DNA of 64,000 bases from Coraliomargarita sp. Lineage in GTDB: Bacteria > Verrucomicrobiota > Verrucomicrobiia > Opitutales > Coraliomargaritaceae. Under the pieces are notes generated by a model that was not told the DNA's origin, made no database searches, and was given only the letters and a program-made list of their open reading frames with translations. A program made the position numbers and the translations under genes. Where the stretch lies: NCBI GenBank assembly GCA_965216325.1, contig OZ244160.1, positions 576,001 through 640,000 on the forward strand, given 5' to 3'. Shown here one piece after another: positions 29,941-39,412 of the stretch (position 1 is its first letter; each line of letters begins with the position of its first letter).

Positions 29941-30921
29941 ATGCGACAGCGACGACTCAAGGTCGGTGGACGGGAAGCGATCTATCACTGCATGACTCGC
30001 ACCGTGAATGGTGAGCTTCTCTTTAAGGATAGAGAGAAAGAGATGCTCCGGAAGATGATGCACATAGTTGCAGACTTTTGTGGGGTGCAGGTGCTCACAT
30101 TCTGCATTATGTCAAATCATTTTCACGTGCTCGTGAAAGTGCCAGCCTCACCGAGAGTATCTGATCAAGAACTGATGCGGCGTTATCGGGTGCTGTATCC
30201 GAAACCGACGAAATATCAGGCTGAATCTGCGAAACAGATGGAGCTGACGCTATCTGATGGCGGCGAGGATGCGGAAGTGATTCGTGCGAAGTTGTTGGCC
30301 CGAATGGCGGATGTCTCGGAGTTTATGAAGGCGCTGAAACAGCGCTTCTCGGTCTGGTATAATCGTAGTCACCGTCGTTATGGAACTCTCTGGGCGGAGC
30401 GCTTCAAGTCGGTCTTGGTGGAAGGCGAGGGCAATGCCTTGCAAACCATGGCGGCCTATATCGATCTGAACCCTGTCCGGGCGGGATTAGTCGAGGATCC
30501 AAAGGATTACCGTTTCTGTGGCTATGCAGAAGCCGTTGCGGGTGTTGTGGAGGCTAGGGAGGGCTTGAGGCGTATTTGGGCCGATCATGGGCGGAATTAT
30601 CTCCAAGCACATCGCACGCTACTTTTCGGCAAGAGTGCGAGCCCATGGACACATCACGGCAAAGTGATCAACCGCAAGAAAGCTCTCCAAGTGCTCGAGG
30701 AGGATGGGGGACAGCTGTCTATAGCTGTGGTGCTGCGCTGCCGTGTACGCTATTTCACTGACGGTGCCATTCTGGGTTCGTCAGAGTTTGTGCGTGGCTT
30801 TACCGGTGCCTGGCAGCTTGAGCGCAGCCGAAAATATCCTCCGAAGGCGAATGCACTGCGTGGAGCGGATTGGGGAGATCTTTCAGTGATTCAAGGGCTG
30901 CGACGACAGGTTTTTAGCTAA
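29941..30921 (+). CDS. Large Y1 HUH transposase-like protein, copy 2
   Basis: Same motifs as 12815-13837. N-terminal ~200 aa identical, C-terminus diverged. Confidence 0.9.
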   Translation: MRQRRLKVGGREAIYHCMTRTVNGELLFKDREKEMLRKMMHIVADFCGVQVLTFCIMSNHFHVLVKVPASPRVSDQELMRRYRVLYPKPTKYQAESAKQMELTLSDGGEDAEVIRAKLLARMADVSEFMKALKQRFSVWYNRSHRRYGTLWAERFKSVLVEGEGNALQTMAAYIDLNPVRAGLVEDPKDYRFCGYAEAVAGVVEAREGLRRIWADHGRNYLQAHRTLLFGKSASPWTHHGKVINRKKALQVLEEDGGQLSIAVVLRCRVRYFTDGAILGSSEFVRGFTGAWQLERSRKYPPKANALRGADWGDLSVIQGLRRQVFS

Positions 30922-31811
30922 ATACACTCAAGTATCTGGCTCAGAGTGGTGATCTCCAGGTCTGCGACTAAATCTGCGCAGTTGGGATGCTCTTTGCGGC
31001 GGCGCAGCGAGAGCGTGTCACCGGCGAAGAGGGCGGTTTTGAAGCCAACTTCGCTGGCGGGCCAGATGTCGTTGCGCATGTCGTTACCGATGTAGAGCAC
31101 TTCATGCGGCTCAATTCCGTGGTGCTGCTTCAGGTGTGCGGCTGACAGGCGGTAGAGCGCTTGAGAGGGCTTGCCCTCCAGTTCGCGGTAGGACCAGACA
31201 TTGATGCGTTCATCGAAGTGGAGTGTCTCCAAGTCCTTGGCGAGATAGGTGTCGAACAGCAGCCGTGTGTAAAACTGTGCGTTGGAAATGATGCCGAGCA
31301 CTTGATCACACTCGTGTAACTGGCTGAGGGTTGCTTCAAGCTCAGGCATCGCTTGCGTCGGGTTAACGCGACTTTCGTAGTCGATGATCAAAGTTTCGAT
31401 GTCGGCTTCAAAGTCTTCGGTGATGAGACCATCAGCGACGAGCGCTTGAATAAAGTCGACCCAGACTTCGCGGATCTCGACCTCCGGATATTCAATGCCG
31501 TCTTCCTTGCGGGCGGCCTGATGTGCATGGATGTGCTCGTGTAGGCGATCGTCTAAACGTGCCGTTTTGGCTTCGTCAGTGAGATGTATGCCGTTGTCAG
31601 ACAAGGTCGACTTGAGCTCGGCGTCACGGTACTGCTCGGTGGCCAGACTGATGTCGCCAACTCCGGAGCTAAACAGGGTGCCATACACATCGAAGATGAC
31701 GGCCCGAATGCCGCTGAGCTGTTGCAAGCGTGCTGTGACATCATCGGGCAAGGTGACCGGGCTGGTCTGGCAGCGTGAGCGGATGAGTTCTGTCCAAGTG
31801 TCTAAGCTCAT
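30918..31811 (-). CDS. HAD-superfamily phosphatase (candidate MGPG/GPG phosphatase)
   Basis: IFDVYGTL, ISNAQ, GKPS and YIGNDMRNDI motifs. Clustered with a glycosyltransferase and gpgS. Confidence 0.85.
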   Translation of the reverse strand: MSLDTWTELIRSRCQTSPVTLPDDVTARLQQLSGIRAVIFDVYGTLFSSGVGDISLATEQYRDAELKSTLSDNGIHLTDEAKTARLDDRLHEHIHAHQAARKEDGIEYPEVEIREVWVDFIQALVADGLITEDFEADIETLIIDYESRVNPTQAMPELEATLSQLHECDQVLGIISNAQFYTRLLFDTYLAKDLETLHFDERINVWSYRELEGKPSQALYRLSAAHLKQHHGIEPHEVLYIGNDMRNDIWPASEVGFKTALFAGDTLSLRRRKEHPNCADLVADLEITTLSQILECI

Positions 31812-31830
31812 ATTCGAAATTTCTGTGGGC

Positions 31831-31856
31831 GGACGCATGAGGGCATGCGTCCCTAC
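31831..31856 (-). repeat. Single GTAG-type REP
   Basis: Reverse complement is GTAGGGACGCATGCCCTCATGCGTCC. Confidence 0.65.
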
Positions 31857-31859
31857 CTT

Positions 31860-33335
31860 TTAGGTGCGTAGTAGGCGGAACGATTCTGGTTTTAGGAAAC
31901 CATTGAGCACTGCGTGTGGCGATAAGTAATCGATAGCGTCAGCGTTTTGGGTGCCGCTGATTTGTTTATAGAGTGTGGTTATGGTCTGTGCGTAGTTGGG
32001 TAGTGCGTAGTTTGCTTCGATACAGGCAGCGTTCGTTTCGATGCAGTTGATTGCGGTGTTTGGAATCAGTTCCGGGAAGTCTAACTGGTCGCGGAGTTCT
32101 GGGCTTTCGACGAGTTGCTGAATGACGGATTGCTGGTTGCTCTCGTCCAGACCAGAAAAATCGATGGTGCTGCCTTGAATCAGGCTGCCGAGTGCGCGCT
32201 CGGTGGCATCTTCGGGGAGGTCGACACCATATGCGGCGTAGGATGCTTCAAGCTCGCTGTGTATGCGCGAGTATAGCGATGCTTCGTCGATCCAGTCGAG
32301 TGGTATACCGAGATGCGTGTAAAGGTGGTCCAGTTGAACGCCCTGCGCTCTAAAGTCGGCGGTGATCTGTGGTAGGTCGCGCCCCACGATGGCTTTGCCG
32401 AATAGGGCTGGCTCGAGAAATGCCAGGCCGAAGCCCTCCGCGATGCTGGTCGTGCAAATGCAGTGTGCGGTCTGCATGATGGTTTCAAAGGACCAGTCAT
32501 GGTTCTCACCAATGCTGAAGTGAACCGGTAGCTGAAGCTTTGCGGCAAACTGCTTCCAGTCATTGTAAGCAGCTTGATAGTTCTTGTTTGTTGGGCCAAG
32601 CGTGTTGGCAAAGACATCGCCTGATTTGGCGAGTGCGGCCCATAGGAGTAATTCGCCGAAGTTCTTACGCCGCACGGCACGCACTGGATAGAGGATCAGT
32701 CGTTCGGCTCCGAGCGCTTCAAGAATCTGAGCTGACTCATGGCTTACGCTGCTGGGTGCTACGCCTTCGACTGGGTTGGCTAATTGGTGTAATTGATTTG
32801 TGGATACGCCGCTTTGCTGGAAAATGGTTTCGTCGCGGCCGTTCAGCACGGCGTAGTGCACGCGCGGACAGTTCGGGTAGAGCTTTGCTGCAAAGGCTTG
32901 GTCAGTTTGATTCAGTTCGTAGTTGGCCGGGCGCCCATCTTCGGCGAAGTCGTGCATGTGAAGCAGTAGGGCTTCACCTTGCTCGGCTAGCAGGGAGATG
33001 ATTCCAGGTGTCGAGCTGTTCTTACCAAGTGAGTGGTTGTGTATGTGCCAGAGGTCGGGTGGGCCTCCCAAGGCTTGCTCGGCAGCTTCGCGTAATGCTG
33101 CAAGGAGTGTCTCGGGTGGCGGTGTTTCAGCTTGGGCATTTGAATACTGCAAGCCGGGCACTTCGACGGCTTGCGCGTTGAAGCTAACATCATCCGGCAC
33201 ATCACCTGCAAGCAGCACACAGTGTGGTGCGTTGTCGAGTTGGCTGAAACCGCGTAGAGTCGATTCGATTACGCGTGTGACACCACCGCGCTTTAGGTGG
33301 TAGTGCACAATGGCAATCCGTATATTTTTCGACAT
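31860..33335 (-). CDS. GT-B glycosyltransferase (candidate mannosylglucosyl-3-phosphoglycerate synthase)
   Basis: HYHLKRGGVTRVI, YPVRAVRRKN and TSIAEGFGLAFLE motifs. Confidence 0.82.
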   Translation of the reverse strand: MSKNIRIAIVHYHLKRGGVTRVIESTLRGFSQLDNAPHCVLLAGDVPDDVSFNAQAVEVPGLQYSNAQAETPPPETLLAALREAAEQALGGPPDLWHIHNHSLGKNSSTPGIISLLAEQGEALLLHMHDFAEDGRPANYELNQTDQAFAAKLYPNCPRVHYAVLNGRDETIFQQSGVSTNQLHQLANPVEGVAPSSVSHESAQILEALGAERLILYPVRAVRRKNFGELLLWAALAKSGDVFANTLGPTNKNYQAAYNDWKQFAAKLQLPVHFSIGENHDWSFETIMQTAHCICTTSIAEGFGLAFLEPALFGKAIVGRDLPQITADFRAQGVQLDHLYTHLGIPLDWIDEASLYSRIHSELEASYAAYGVDLPEDATERALGSLIQGSTIDFSGLDESNQQSVIQQLVESPELRDQLDFPELIPNTAINCIETNAACIEANYALPNYAQTITTLYKQISGTQNADAIDYLSPHAVLNGFLKPESFRLLRT

Positions 33336-33360
33336 GCTTTGCGGAGACTTTACAGGATTT

Positions 33361-33541
33361 TTTGAACCGTTAAATTACGTCAATTGACGTTAATCAGACG
33401 TAGGGCTCTTGTGCTCGCATGACACCCTTTTCTATTGTGAGGCACTTTGCCAGCAAAGGCCCTACAACTGTATTGTGATTTGCTGATCGAATTCATCTTT
33501 GGAGAAAATTTACGTTAATTGACGTAAAATAACGGTTCAAA
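33361..33541. repeat. AACCGTTAA-family inverted-repeat element (34-bp arms) with an internal degenerate GTAG...CTAC REPIN (33400-33465)
   Basis: TTTGAACCGTTAAATTACGTCAATTGACGTTAAT ... ATTTACGTTAATTGACGTAAAATAACGGTTCAAA. Confidence 0.8.
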
Positions 33542-33561
33542 AATTGAGTAGTTATATTACA

Positions 33562-34542
33562 TCACTTGATCCCGTATTTCTCGCAGTAGGCGGGGATGGT
33601 CACCATTGGTGGACGCTCATACTCGACGATTTCCTTCTTCAGCAATTCGTAGTGATTGCCCTCTGCTTGGAATTGTCGATAGAGCGTGGCCATGTCTGGC
33701 ATCTTGTCGACCATGCCGTATTTGCGCATACGGTTGAGGAACGTTTGTAGGATGCCGAAGGACATCTTGCCGAGCGCATTGGTGCTCTGGTTGCGGTGGA
33801 TACGCTGATCCAGATCACACTGCGCAAAGGCTTCGAGGCCCCATTCGCGATAGACATCGAGAATGTGTGCGGTCTCAACGCCGTAGCCAATCGGGAACGG
33901 AATCTTCTCCAGCACTTCACGACGCACGGCGAATTCGCCGGAGAGCGGCTGAATCAGTGAGGTCAATTCTGGGAAGAAGAGCGAGAAGAGGGGACGTATC
34001 AGGATTTCCGTGACACGGCCACCGCCACTGGCGCGCACTCCAGACGAGTAGGTGATTGGGCGGTCGTAGAAAGCCTTACAGTATTTGATCGATTCGTTGA
34101 TGATCAGCGGTCCGACAATGCCATACACGAAGCGCGGGTGGATATTGCTGATGTCGGCATCGACATAGATGATGATATCACCTTTGAGCTGGTAGATTGC
34201 TTTCCAGAGATTTTCGCCCTTGCCGGGCTTGTTGCCAACTTCTGGCAGGATGTCTTTCGCGCTGTAGGTGTCGGCGCCAAACGAGGCGGCCACTTCGAGC
34301 GTCTTATCCTTAGAGCCAGAGTCGATCACCGCGAATTCGTCGATGAGCGGGTAGCGCTCCATGAGTTCCGACTTTAGGATGACGATCTCTTTACCGATCG
34401 TCTTCTCTTCGTTCAGTGTCGGAATACAGAGTGAAATTTTAAGACCTTGTTCTTCTTTGAGGCGGACGAGCTTCAGGATGTCCCAGAATTCTCCGTGGTG
34501 GAAGGTGTTTGTTTCAAGCCATTTATCAATTTTCTTACTCAT
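33562..34542 (-). CDS. gpgS: Glucosyl-3-phosphoglycerate synthase
   Basis: IPTLNEE, DSGSKD, GKGENLW, YVDAD, GGGRVTE, QPLSGE and GYGVE motifs. Confidence 0.92.
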   Translation of the reverse strand: MSKKIDKWLETNTFHHGEFWDILKLVRLKEEQGLKISLCIPTLNEEKTIGKEIVILKSELMERYPLIDEFAVIDSGSKDKTLEVAASFGADTYSAKDILPEVGNKPGKGENLWKAIYQLKGDIIIYVDADISNIHPRFVYGIVGPLIINESIKYCKAFYDRPITYSSGVRASGGGRVTEILIRPLFSLFFPELTSLIQPLSGEFAVRREVLEKIPFPIGYGVETAHILDVYREWGLEAFAQCDLDQRIHRNQSTNALGKMSFGILQTFLNRMRKYGMVDKMPDMATLYRQFQAEGNHYELLKKEIVEYERPPMVTIPAYCEKYGIK

Positions 34543-35704
34543 CGCAAAGTCCTCCGTCGATTGCTTGTAGCAGGGCTACGAGTTGTGCCAAACCGTCGAA
34601 GGTGGGTTGGATCTCAATAGTTTCGTCGTCTTCGTTTTTGTGGCTGCCCTTGGTTAGGCCGAGGGTAACGCTTGGTATCTGATGGGCGATGAGCTCGGCA
34701 AGCTCACCAACGCTGGGTTCAACGTGTGACTTGATGTCGAGTTCGTTGTGAATACTGCGCATGCATTTGACCAATGGGTGGCCATATTCGAGGCCGCCTT
34801 TCTTACGCTGGGCGATGACGGAAAGTTTAATGCTGGTGTTGGTGGAGTTGGCGATCTCCTCGATGATGTCTTCGATTTGATCGCGTAGTCTTGAGACCAT
34901 ACCACCTTCTTCACTACGGATCTCAAAGCGTAGTTTTGCGGAGGTAGGCTGTGTGGCAAAGGAGGTGCCGGCATTCATCGAGCCAAAGATGATCTTTGTT
35001 TCCGGCTCGTTTGGAATTGGGATCCGCATGATCTGTTGGATCACTTTGGAAAGGATCGCGACCGGGTTGGAAGCGCCGAAGCGGGTCCAGTCGTATTCGG
35101 ATGGCATGCGGACTTTGATCTCGCCACGTAGCATACCGACTGAGCTGTAGCTGAGGCGTCCGAGGTGAATACCTTCGACGCAGACGCCGGCACGGATGGG
35201 CGATTTAAAGTTGTCTAGGAAGAAGCGGATGCCGGACAGGTTGCCTAGTCCAAGGCTGTCGGTGTCAGCAAGGAGAATGATGTTGTCCTCCAGTTGCAGG
35301 TCGAGGCGCTGTAGCACTGCGGGCAAGGTCGCCAGTGCCGCGAGGCCCAAGCTGTTATCACCGATGCCCGGGCCGATTATGGTGTTTTGCTGGACCGACA
35401 TGGCGTGGTCGATCTTGCTGTTGAAGACCGTATCGGCATGGGCGCAGACCAGAATATTGTTCTCGCCGACTGAACCGGGGATCATCGCCATGCAGTTACC
35501 TGCTTCGTCGATCGAGATATTGTCTAGACCTTCCTCGGTGTAGCGATTGCCGAGAAAAGTGATACGCTCTTCTTCCTCTCCGGTGGGAGAGGGTATTTCG
35601 CCGATCATTACGGCATTGGCCAAGAGCATTTGGCGTATCGACTGGAGCGTATCGCTGTGCTCTGAGAGCGAGTTGAGTATTTTCTTCAGTGCGGCTTTGG
35701 GCAT
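34535..35704 (-). CDS. M20-family peptidase-like protein
   Basis: IPSPTGEE, CAHADTV and GPGIGDNSLG motifs. The catalytic EE pair appears replaced. Overlaps gpgS. Confidence 0.75.
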   Translation of the reverse strand: MPKAALKKILNSLSEHSDTLQSIRQMLLANAVMIGEIPSPTGEEEERITFLGNRYTEEGLDNISIDEAGNCMAMIPGSVGENNILVCAHADTVFNSKIDHAMSVQQNTIIGPGIGDNSLGLAALATLPAVLQRLDLQLEDNIILLADTDSLGLGNLSGIRFFLDNFKSPIRAGVCVEGIHLGRLSYSSVGMLRGEIKVRMPSEYDWTRFGASNPVAILSKVIQQIMRIPIPNEPETKIIFGSMNAGTSFATQPTSAKLRFEIRSEEGGMVSRLRDQIEDIIEEIANSTNTSIKLSVIAQRKKGGLEYGHPLVKCMRSIHNELDIKSHVEPSVGELAELIAHQIPSVTLGLTKGSHKNEDDETIEIQPTFDGLAQLVALLQAIDGGLCDE

Positions 35705-35714
35705 GGATTTTGAG

Positions 35715-35803
35715 AGGAGTTAGGAGTTAGAATTTAGGAGTTAGGAGCTTTGCACTGGTGTTACTACGAAATGCTGACTTCTAACTTTTGCCTTCTAACT
35801 TCT
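35715..35803. repeat. Inverted arrays of heptamer AGGAGTT/AGAAGTT
   Basis: Five forward units at 35715-35749 and about four reverse units (CTAACTT) at 35774-35803. Confidence 0.75.
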
Positions 35804-35809
35804 ATGTGA

Positions 35810-36628
35810 TCATGGGATCACAACCTTGCTCGGGTCGTAATCCACTTCTGGGTAGCTGAGGTGCAGATCCTCAAGACAAGCAACTACGATTCGAGCAACT
35901 AGCAGATTGCGTGCCCACTTTTTGTTGGCCGGAATTAAATACCATGGAGCATGGGGCTTGGAGGTCTTTTCGAAGACGTCTTCATAGGCCTTTTCATAGT
36001 CTCCCCACTTCTTGCGGGCCACGATATCGGAAAGGTCGAACTTCCAGTTTTTCTCAGGGTTGTCCAAGCGTGCCTGCAAGCGCTCCTTTTGTGTGTCCTG
36101 ATTAATATGAAGGAAGAGTTTGAGGATTATGGTGTCCTCATCATAGAGCATTTGCTCAAAGTCGTTGATGTGCTTGTAGCGTTTTGACCAAACAGATTCT
36201 GGTTTGAGCTCATTTACGCGCACTGCGAGTACGTCTTCGTAGTGGCTGCGGTCGAAAATGACGATTTCACCATCGGAGGGCGCACGCTTGTGAACGCGCC
36301 ACAGGTAGTCGTGTGCTAGTTCGCGGCTGGAGGGCTTCTCAAAGCTGGCAACATGGACGCCCTGTGGGTTGACGCCGCGGAATACTTTACGGATGGTGCC
36401 GTTTTTACCGCTGGTGTCCATGCCCTGCAGCACGATGAGTAATTTCTTACGACGATCGACGAAGAAGCGCTGTTGCAGTTCAGTGAGGCGCTCTTGGAGT
36501 CGGGTGAGTTCCTCACTGGCAGCGGTTTTGCTTTTGGGCAAATCATCCCATGGATCTGAACTGACTTTGGCCAGTTGGTCGTTTTGTCCCGATTGAATGA
36601 GGTAGTGCTTAAAATCTTTTAGACTCAT
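35810..36628 (-). CDS. ppk2: Polyphosphate kinase 2 family
   Basis: LQGMDTSGKNG, FDRSHYEDV and KNWKF..SD motifs. Confidence 0.92.
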   Translation of the reverse strand: MSLKDFKHYLIQSGQNDQLAKVSSDPWDDLPKSKTAASEELTRLQERLTELQQRFFVDRRKKLLIVLQGMDTSGKNGTIRKVFRGVNPQGVHVASFEKPSSRELAHDYLWRVHKRAPSDGEIVIFDRSHYEDVLAVRVNELKPESVWSKRYKHINDFEQMLYDEDTIILKLFLHINQDTQKERLQARLDNPEKNWKFDLSDIVARKKWGDYEKAYEDVFEKTSKPHAPWYLIPANKKWARNLLVARIVVACLEDLHLSYPEVDYDPSKVVIP

Positions 36629-36724
36629 AGGGCAAGTTAGCTGACGTAGTTGATCGCGTTTAGGCTGTTAGGTCAAATCCGAGTTTAAGGAAGTTGGTGG
36701 AGGGCGCTCGTGTTGTAGACTAAA

Positions 36725-36789
36725 GTAGAAGCGAGCTTCCAGCCGCTTTCAAGTAGGCCTAGAATAACGCGGCAGGATGCCGCTTCTAC
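36725..36789. repeat. REPIN related to family B
   Basis: GTAGAAGCGAGCTTCCAGCCGC ... GCGGCAGGATGCCGCTTCTAC. Confidence 0.75.
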
Positions 36790-36841
36790 ATTACTTTCTG
36801 AAAGCTTGCCATCCGGGGGCGGCGCTTCTTGGTTCAAGTGT

Positions 36842-37510
36842 ATGGATCATTCTGGGATGGTGGCTGCATTAGAGTCGGCTTTAGGGCAAATATTGCCCGC
36901 TGGCTGTGGCGCGGCTGCGTCTTGGCCGGATGTGGAGCCTTCAGCGGATGTGTTGCCAAATGCGGCAGCGCATCGCCGCAAAGAGTATGCGGGAGGGCGT
37001 GCCTGCGCCCTGCGAGCTTTGCAAGTCCTTGGCTACTCGGAGGCTGCCGATTTGCACGGCGATGCGGATGGTGTCCCGGTGTGGCCAGATGGAATGTTGG
37101 GTTCAATTACGCACTCGAAGGGACTCTGCGCTGCTGTCGCCGGATTTATCAATGACTTACAAATTATTGGTTTGGATTTAGAGCGCACGGATCGTTTGAA
37201 GGCTGCTGCCATTAAGCGTGTGCTGCATCTGGATGAGACTGATTTTGCGCAGGGCGATCAGTTGCGTGCGAGCATCCTGTTTAGTTTGAAAGAAGCCTTT
37301 TATAAGGCACAGTTTCCGAAGTGGCGCACAGCTGGGAATTTTGAAGATTTGGCGCTCAACTTGGACCTGTCTGCTGGCACTGCCTCCGTGAACTTCATGA
37401 GTGACCGTTTCGACGCGGAATTGGTTCAGCAGGCGGATGCCTTGCAGTTTCGCTTCGCTGTATTGGGTGACTTTGTGGTCAGCGTGTGCTGGTTGGGGTC
37501 CCGCTCGTAG
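36842..37510 (+). CDS. 4'-phosphopantetheinyl transferase (EntD/Sfp-like)
   Basis: RRKEYAGGR, PVWP.G..GSITHS, IGLDLE and FSLKEAFYKA motifs. Confidence 0.9.
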   Translation: MDHSGMVAALESALGQILPAGCGAAASWPDVEPSADVLPNAAAHRRKEYAGGRACALRALQVLGYSEAADLHGDADGVPVWPDGMLGSITHSKGLCAAVAGFINDLQIIGLDLERTDRLKAAAIKRVLHLDETDFAQGDQLRASILFSLKEAFYKAQFPKWRTAGNFEDLALNLDLSAGTASVNFMSDRFDAELVQQADALQFRFAVLGDFVVSVCWLGSRS

Positions 37511-37576
37511 CACAGGCATCTTGCCTGTGTCTGCGGAGGCTTGTTTGAGGTGAAACAGGCGAGACGCCTGTTCTAC
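37507..37576. repeat. REPIN family B
   Basis: GTAGCACAGGCATCTTGCCTGTG ... AACAGGCGAGACGCCTGTTCTAC. Confidence 0.88.
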
Positions 37577-37579
37577 ATC

Positions 37580-37903
37580 TTAGACGTCTTCCCACTCAAG
37601 GGCTTTGATGTGATCAATGCGTCCCTTGGAAAGTTCGACCCAAAGCTTCAGTGCGGCATGGCGGGTGAGGCCGGAGATGACCTTTGGAGGCAGGTCGTTG
37701 TCTCCCAGGTTCTCGAAGGTGGCAATACCGGTCGGGAACAGTGATATCGACCAGCCGCTTGGGTCATGCACCAGAGAGACGTCTTGGTGGTCCGCTTCCT
37801 CGAAGTCCGGATCATCGAGCTGCGCGATGACTTCGCGCAGGGTCTCCATGTCTGGATTCAGTTGGCTGACGCCGTCGCAGTCGGTGGTGTGAAATAGGTC
37901 CAT
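37580..37903 (-). CDS. Hypothetical protein downstream of argA
   Basis: ATG lies 1 bp after the argA stop. Acidic 107-aa frame. Confidence 0.7.
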   Translation of the reverse strand: MDLFHTTDCDGVSQLNPDMETLREVIAQLDDPDFEEADHQDVSLVHDPSGWSISLFPTGIATFENLGDNDLPPKVISGLTRHAALKLWVELSKGRIDHIKALEWEDV

Positions 37904-37904
37904 A

Positions 37905-39212
37905 CTAGGCGTTCTTAGTGAGAACCGTTGAGTTGCGTCCGCTGGAGAGGTAGCTTTCGCGGCGTGGTTCCGGAAGATCATCGACCGTGCCTTCGCTAAA
38001 GCCGCAGACTTCGACGAAAAAGCCAGCTGCTTGAGTGGAGAGCGCGATGATACGTTGCGCGCCCCATTCGCTGGCTTGCTCGGAGGCGTATTGGATCATG
38101 CGGCGGCCGACGCCCTTGTTTTGATAGAAGGACTGCACGAATACACTACCGATTTCAATCGTGGCGCCTTCGTCGTAGCGTTGCAGGTGCACGCAGCCGA
38201 CGATGCTGCCATCGATTTCATACACGAGGAAGTGCTCAATTGAGCTTTCGATGGCTTCCAGCGAGCGTTCGACGAGCGTTTCGGAGCGGACCGCGTTGCG
38301 GGTAATGTTGTAAATGGAGTAGGCGTCCGCTTGCACCGCGGGGCGGATCGACTCGTATTCGTTGCTATACACCATCGTGCCCACGCCGACCTTGTCGAAG
38401 ACTTCGTTGAGCAGTGCGCCAAAGATGCGGCCATCCAGGATATGGATGCGCTCCGTGCCGGCCTTGATGGCTTTTACGGCATGCACGACCTTGCTGTGGA
38501 GGCGTTCGGGGATGCTGTCTGGCGCAGCTTCGAGGAGTTGCTCAAGATCGGCGACCGGAAGGTTGGTGCGCGGTTCGCCGTTCACCTTAAGCGAGTCTTG
38601 AGTGGTCAGATAAATGATCTTGGAGGCTTCGAGCTGTGAGGCGAGTTCGACTGCCAGCAGGTCGGAGTTCATCCGCAGAGGTTCGCCTTTGCGGTCGAAC
38701 CCGATCGGTGTCACGACTGGAATGGTGTCGGCGTCGAGCAGCTTGTTGAAGAGGGTGATGTCGAGTTTGGCGACATTGCCGCTGAGCTGTTGGTGCACAC
38801 CTTTGACGATGCCGACTTCCTTGCTGCGCACTGCGTTGGATACCGCGCACCGTAAGCCGTTGCGTGTCAGTCCTTGAATGATCTCAAGGTTCACGGCTGC
38901 AGAGACTTCGGATGCCAGCTTGAGGGTGGTGGTGTCGGTAACGTCCTCGCCGTGTGGGTTGCTGATGGTGATTCCGCGCTCCTCGGCGACGGCCTTCAGT
39001 TGTTGGCCAATGCCATGCACGAGCACGACTTTGATGTTCAGCGATCGGAGCACGGCAATGTCGAGCAGCACATTTTGAAAGATCTCATGCGCGACCAGAC
39101 TGCCATCAATCGCGATAACAAACACCTGCTCACGAAACATCGGGACATACTTAAGGATGCCGCGTAGGTCCGTGGGTTTGATGGCGTGTTCGTCTGTCTG
39201 ATTGGTGCTCAT
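37905..39212 (-). CDS. argA: Amino-acid N-acetyltransferase (N-acetylglutamate synthase)
   Basis: Kinase-like domain (VLVHG, RIHILDG, GVGTM) plus GNAT domain (YQNKGVG). Confidence 0.92.
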   Translation of the reverse strand: MSTNQTDEHAIKPTDLRGILKYVPMFREQVFVIAIDGSLVAHEIFQNVLLDIAVLRSLNIKVVLVHGIGQQLKAVAEERGITISNPHGEDVTDTTTLKLASEVSAAVNLEIIQGLTRNGLRCAVSNAVRSKEVGIVKGVHQQLSGNVAKLDITLFNKLLDADTIPVVTPIGFDRKGEPLRMNSDLLAVELASQLEASKIIYLTTQDSLKVNGEPRTNLPVADLEQLLEAAPDSIPERLHSKVVHAVKAIKAGTERIHILDGRIFGALLNEVFDKVGVGTMVYSNEYESIRPAVQADAYSIYNITRNAVRSETLVERSLEAIESSIEHFLVYEIDGSIVGCVHLQRYDEGATIEIGSVFVQSFYQNKGVGRRMIQYASEQASEWGAQRIIALSTQAAGFFVEVCGFSEGTVDDLPEPRRESYLSSGRNSTVLTKNA

Positions 39213-39311
39213 TAAAAATGCTATAGGCTAACCATTCACATTGTACGCAGACTGCAAGCTTGCAAGGTCGATGTTTACTGCCTGAATGGTGGCTTGCTGA
39301 GTTCTTCAACG

Positions 39312-39399
39312 GGGATCGCAGGAGCGTCTCGCTCCGCAGGGTCTTTTGAGTGGCTTGGCTGACCACTCCGTGGTACGCACCGAGACGGTGCCGCGCTAC
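39312..39399. repeat. Degenerate REPIN in the argA-xerD divergent spacer
   Basis: Right arm reverse complement is GTAGCGCGGCACCGTCTCGGTGCG. Left hairpin GGAGCGTCTCGCTCC. Confidence 0.55.
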
Positions 39400-39412
39400 C
39401 TTTTTTCTAACT

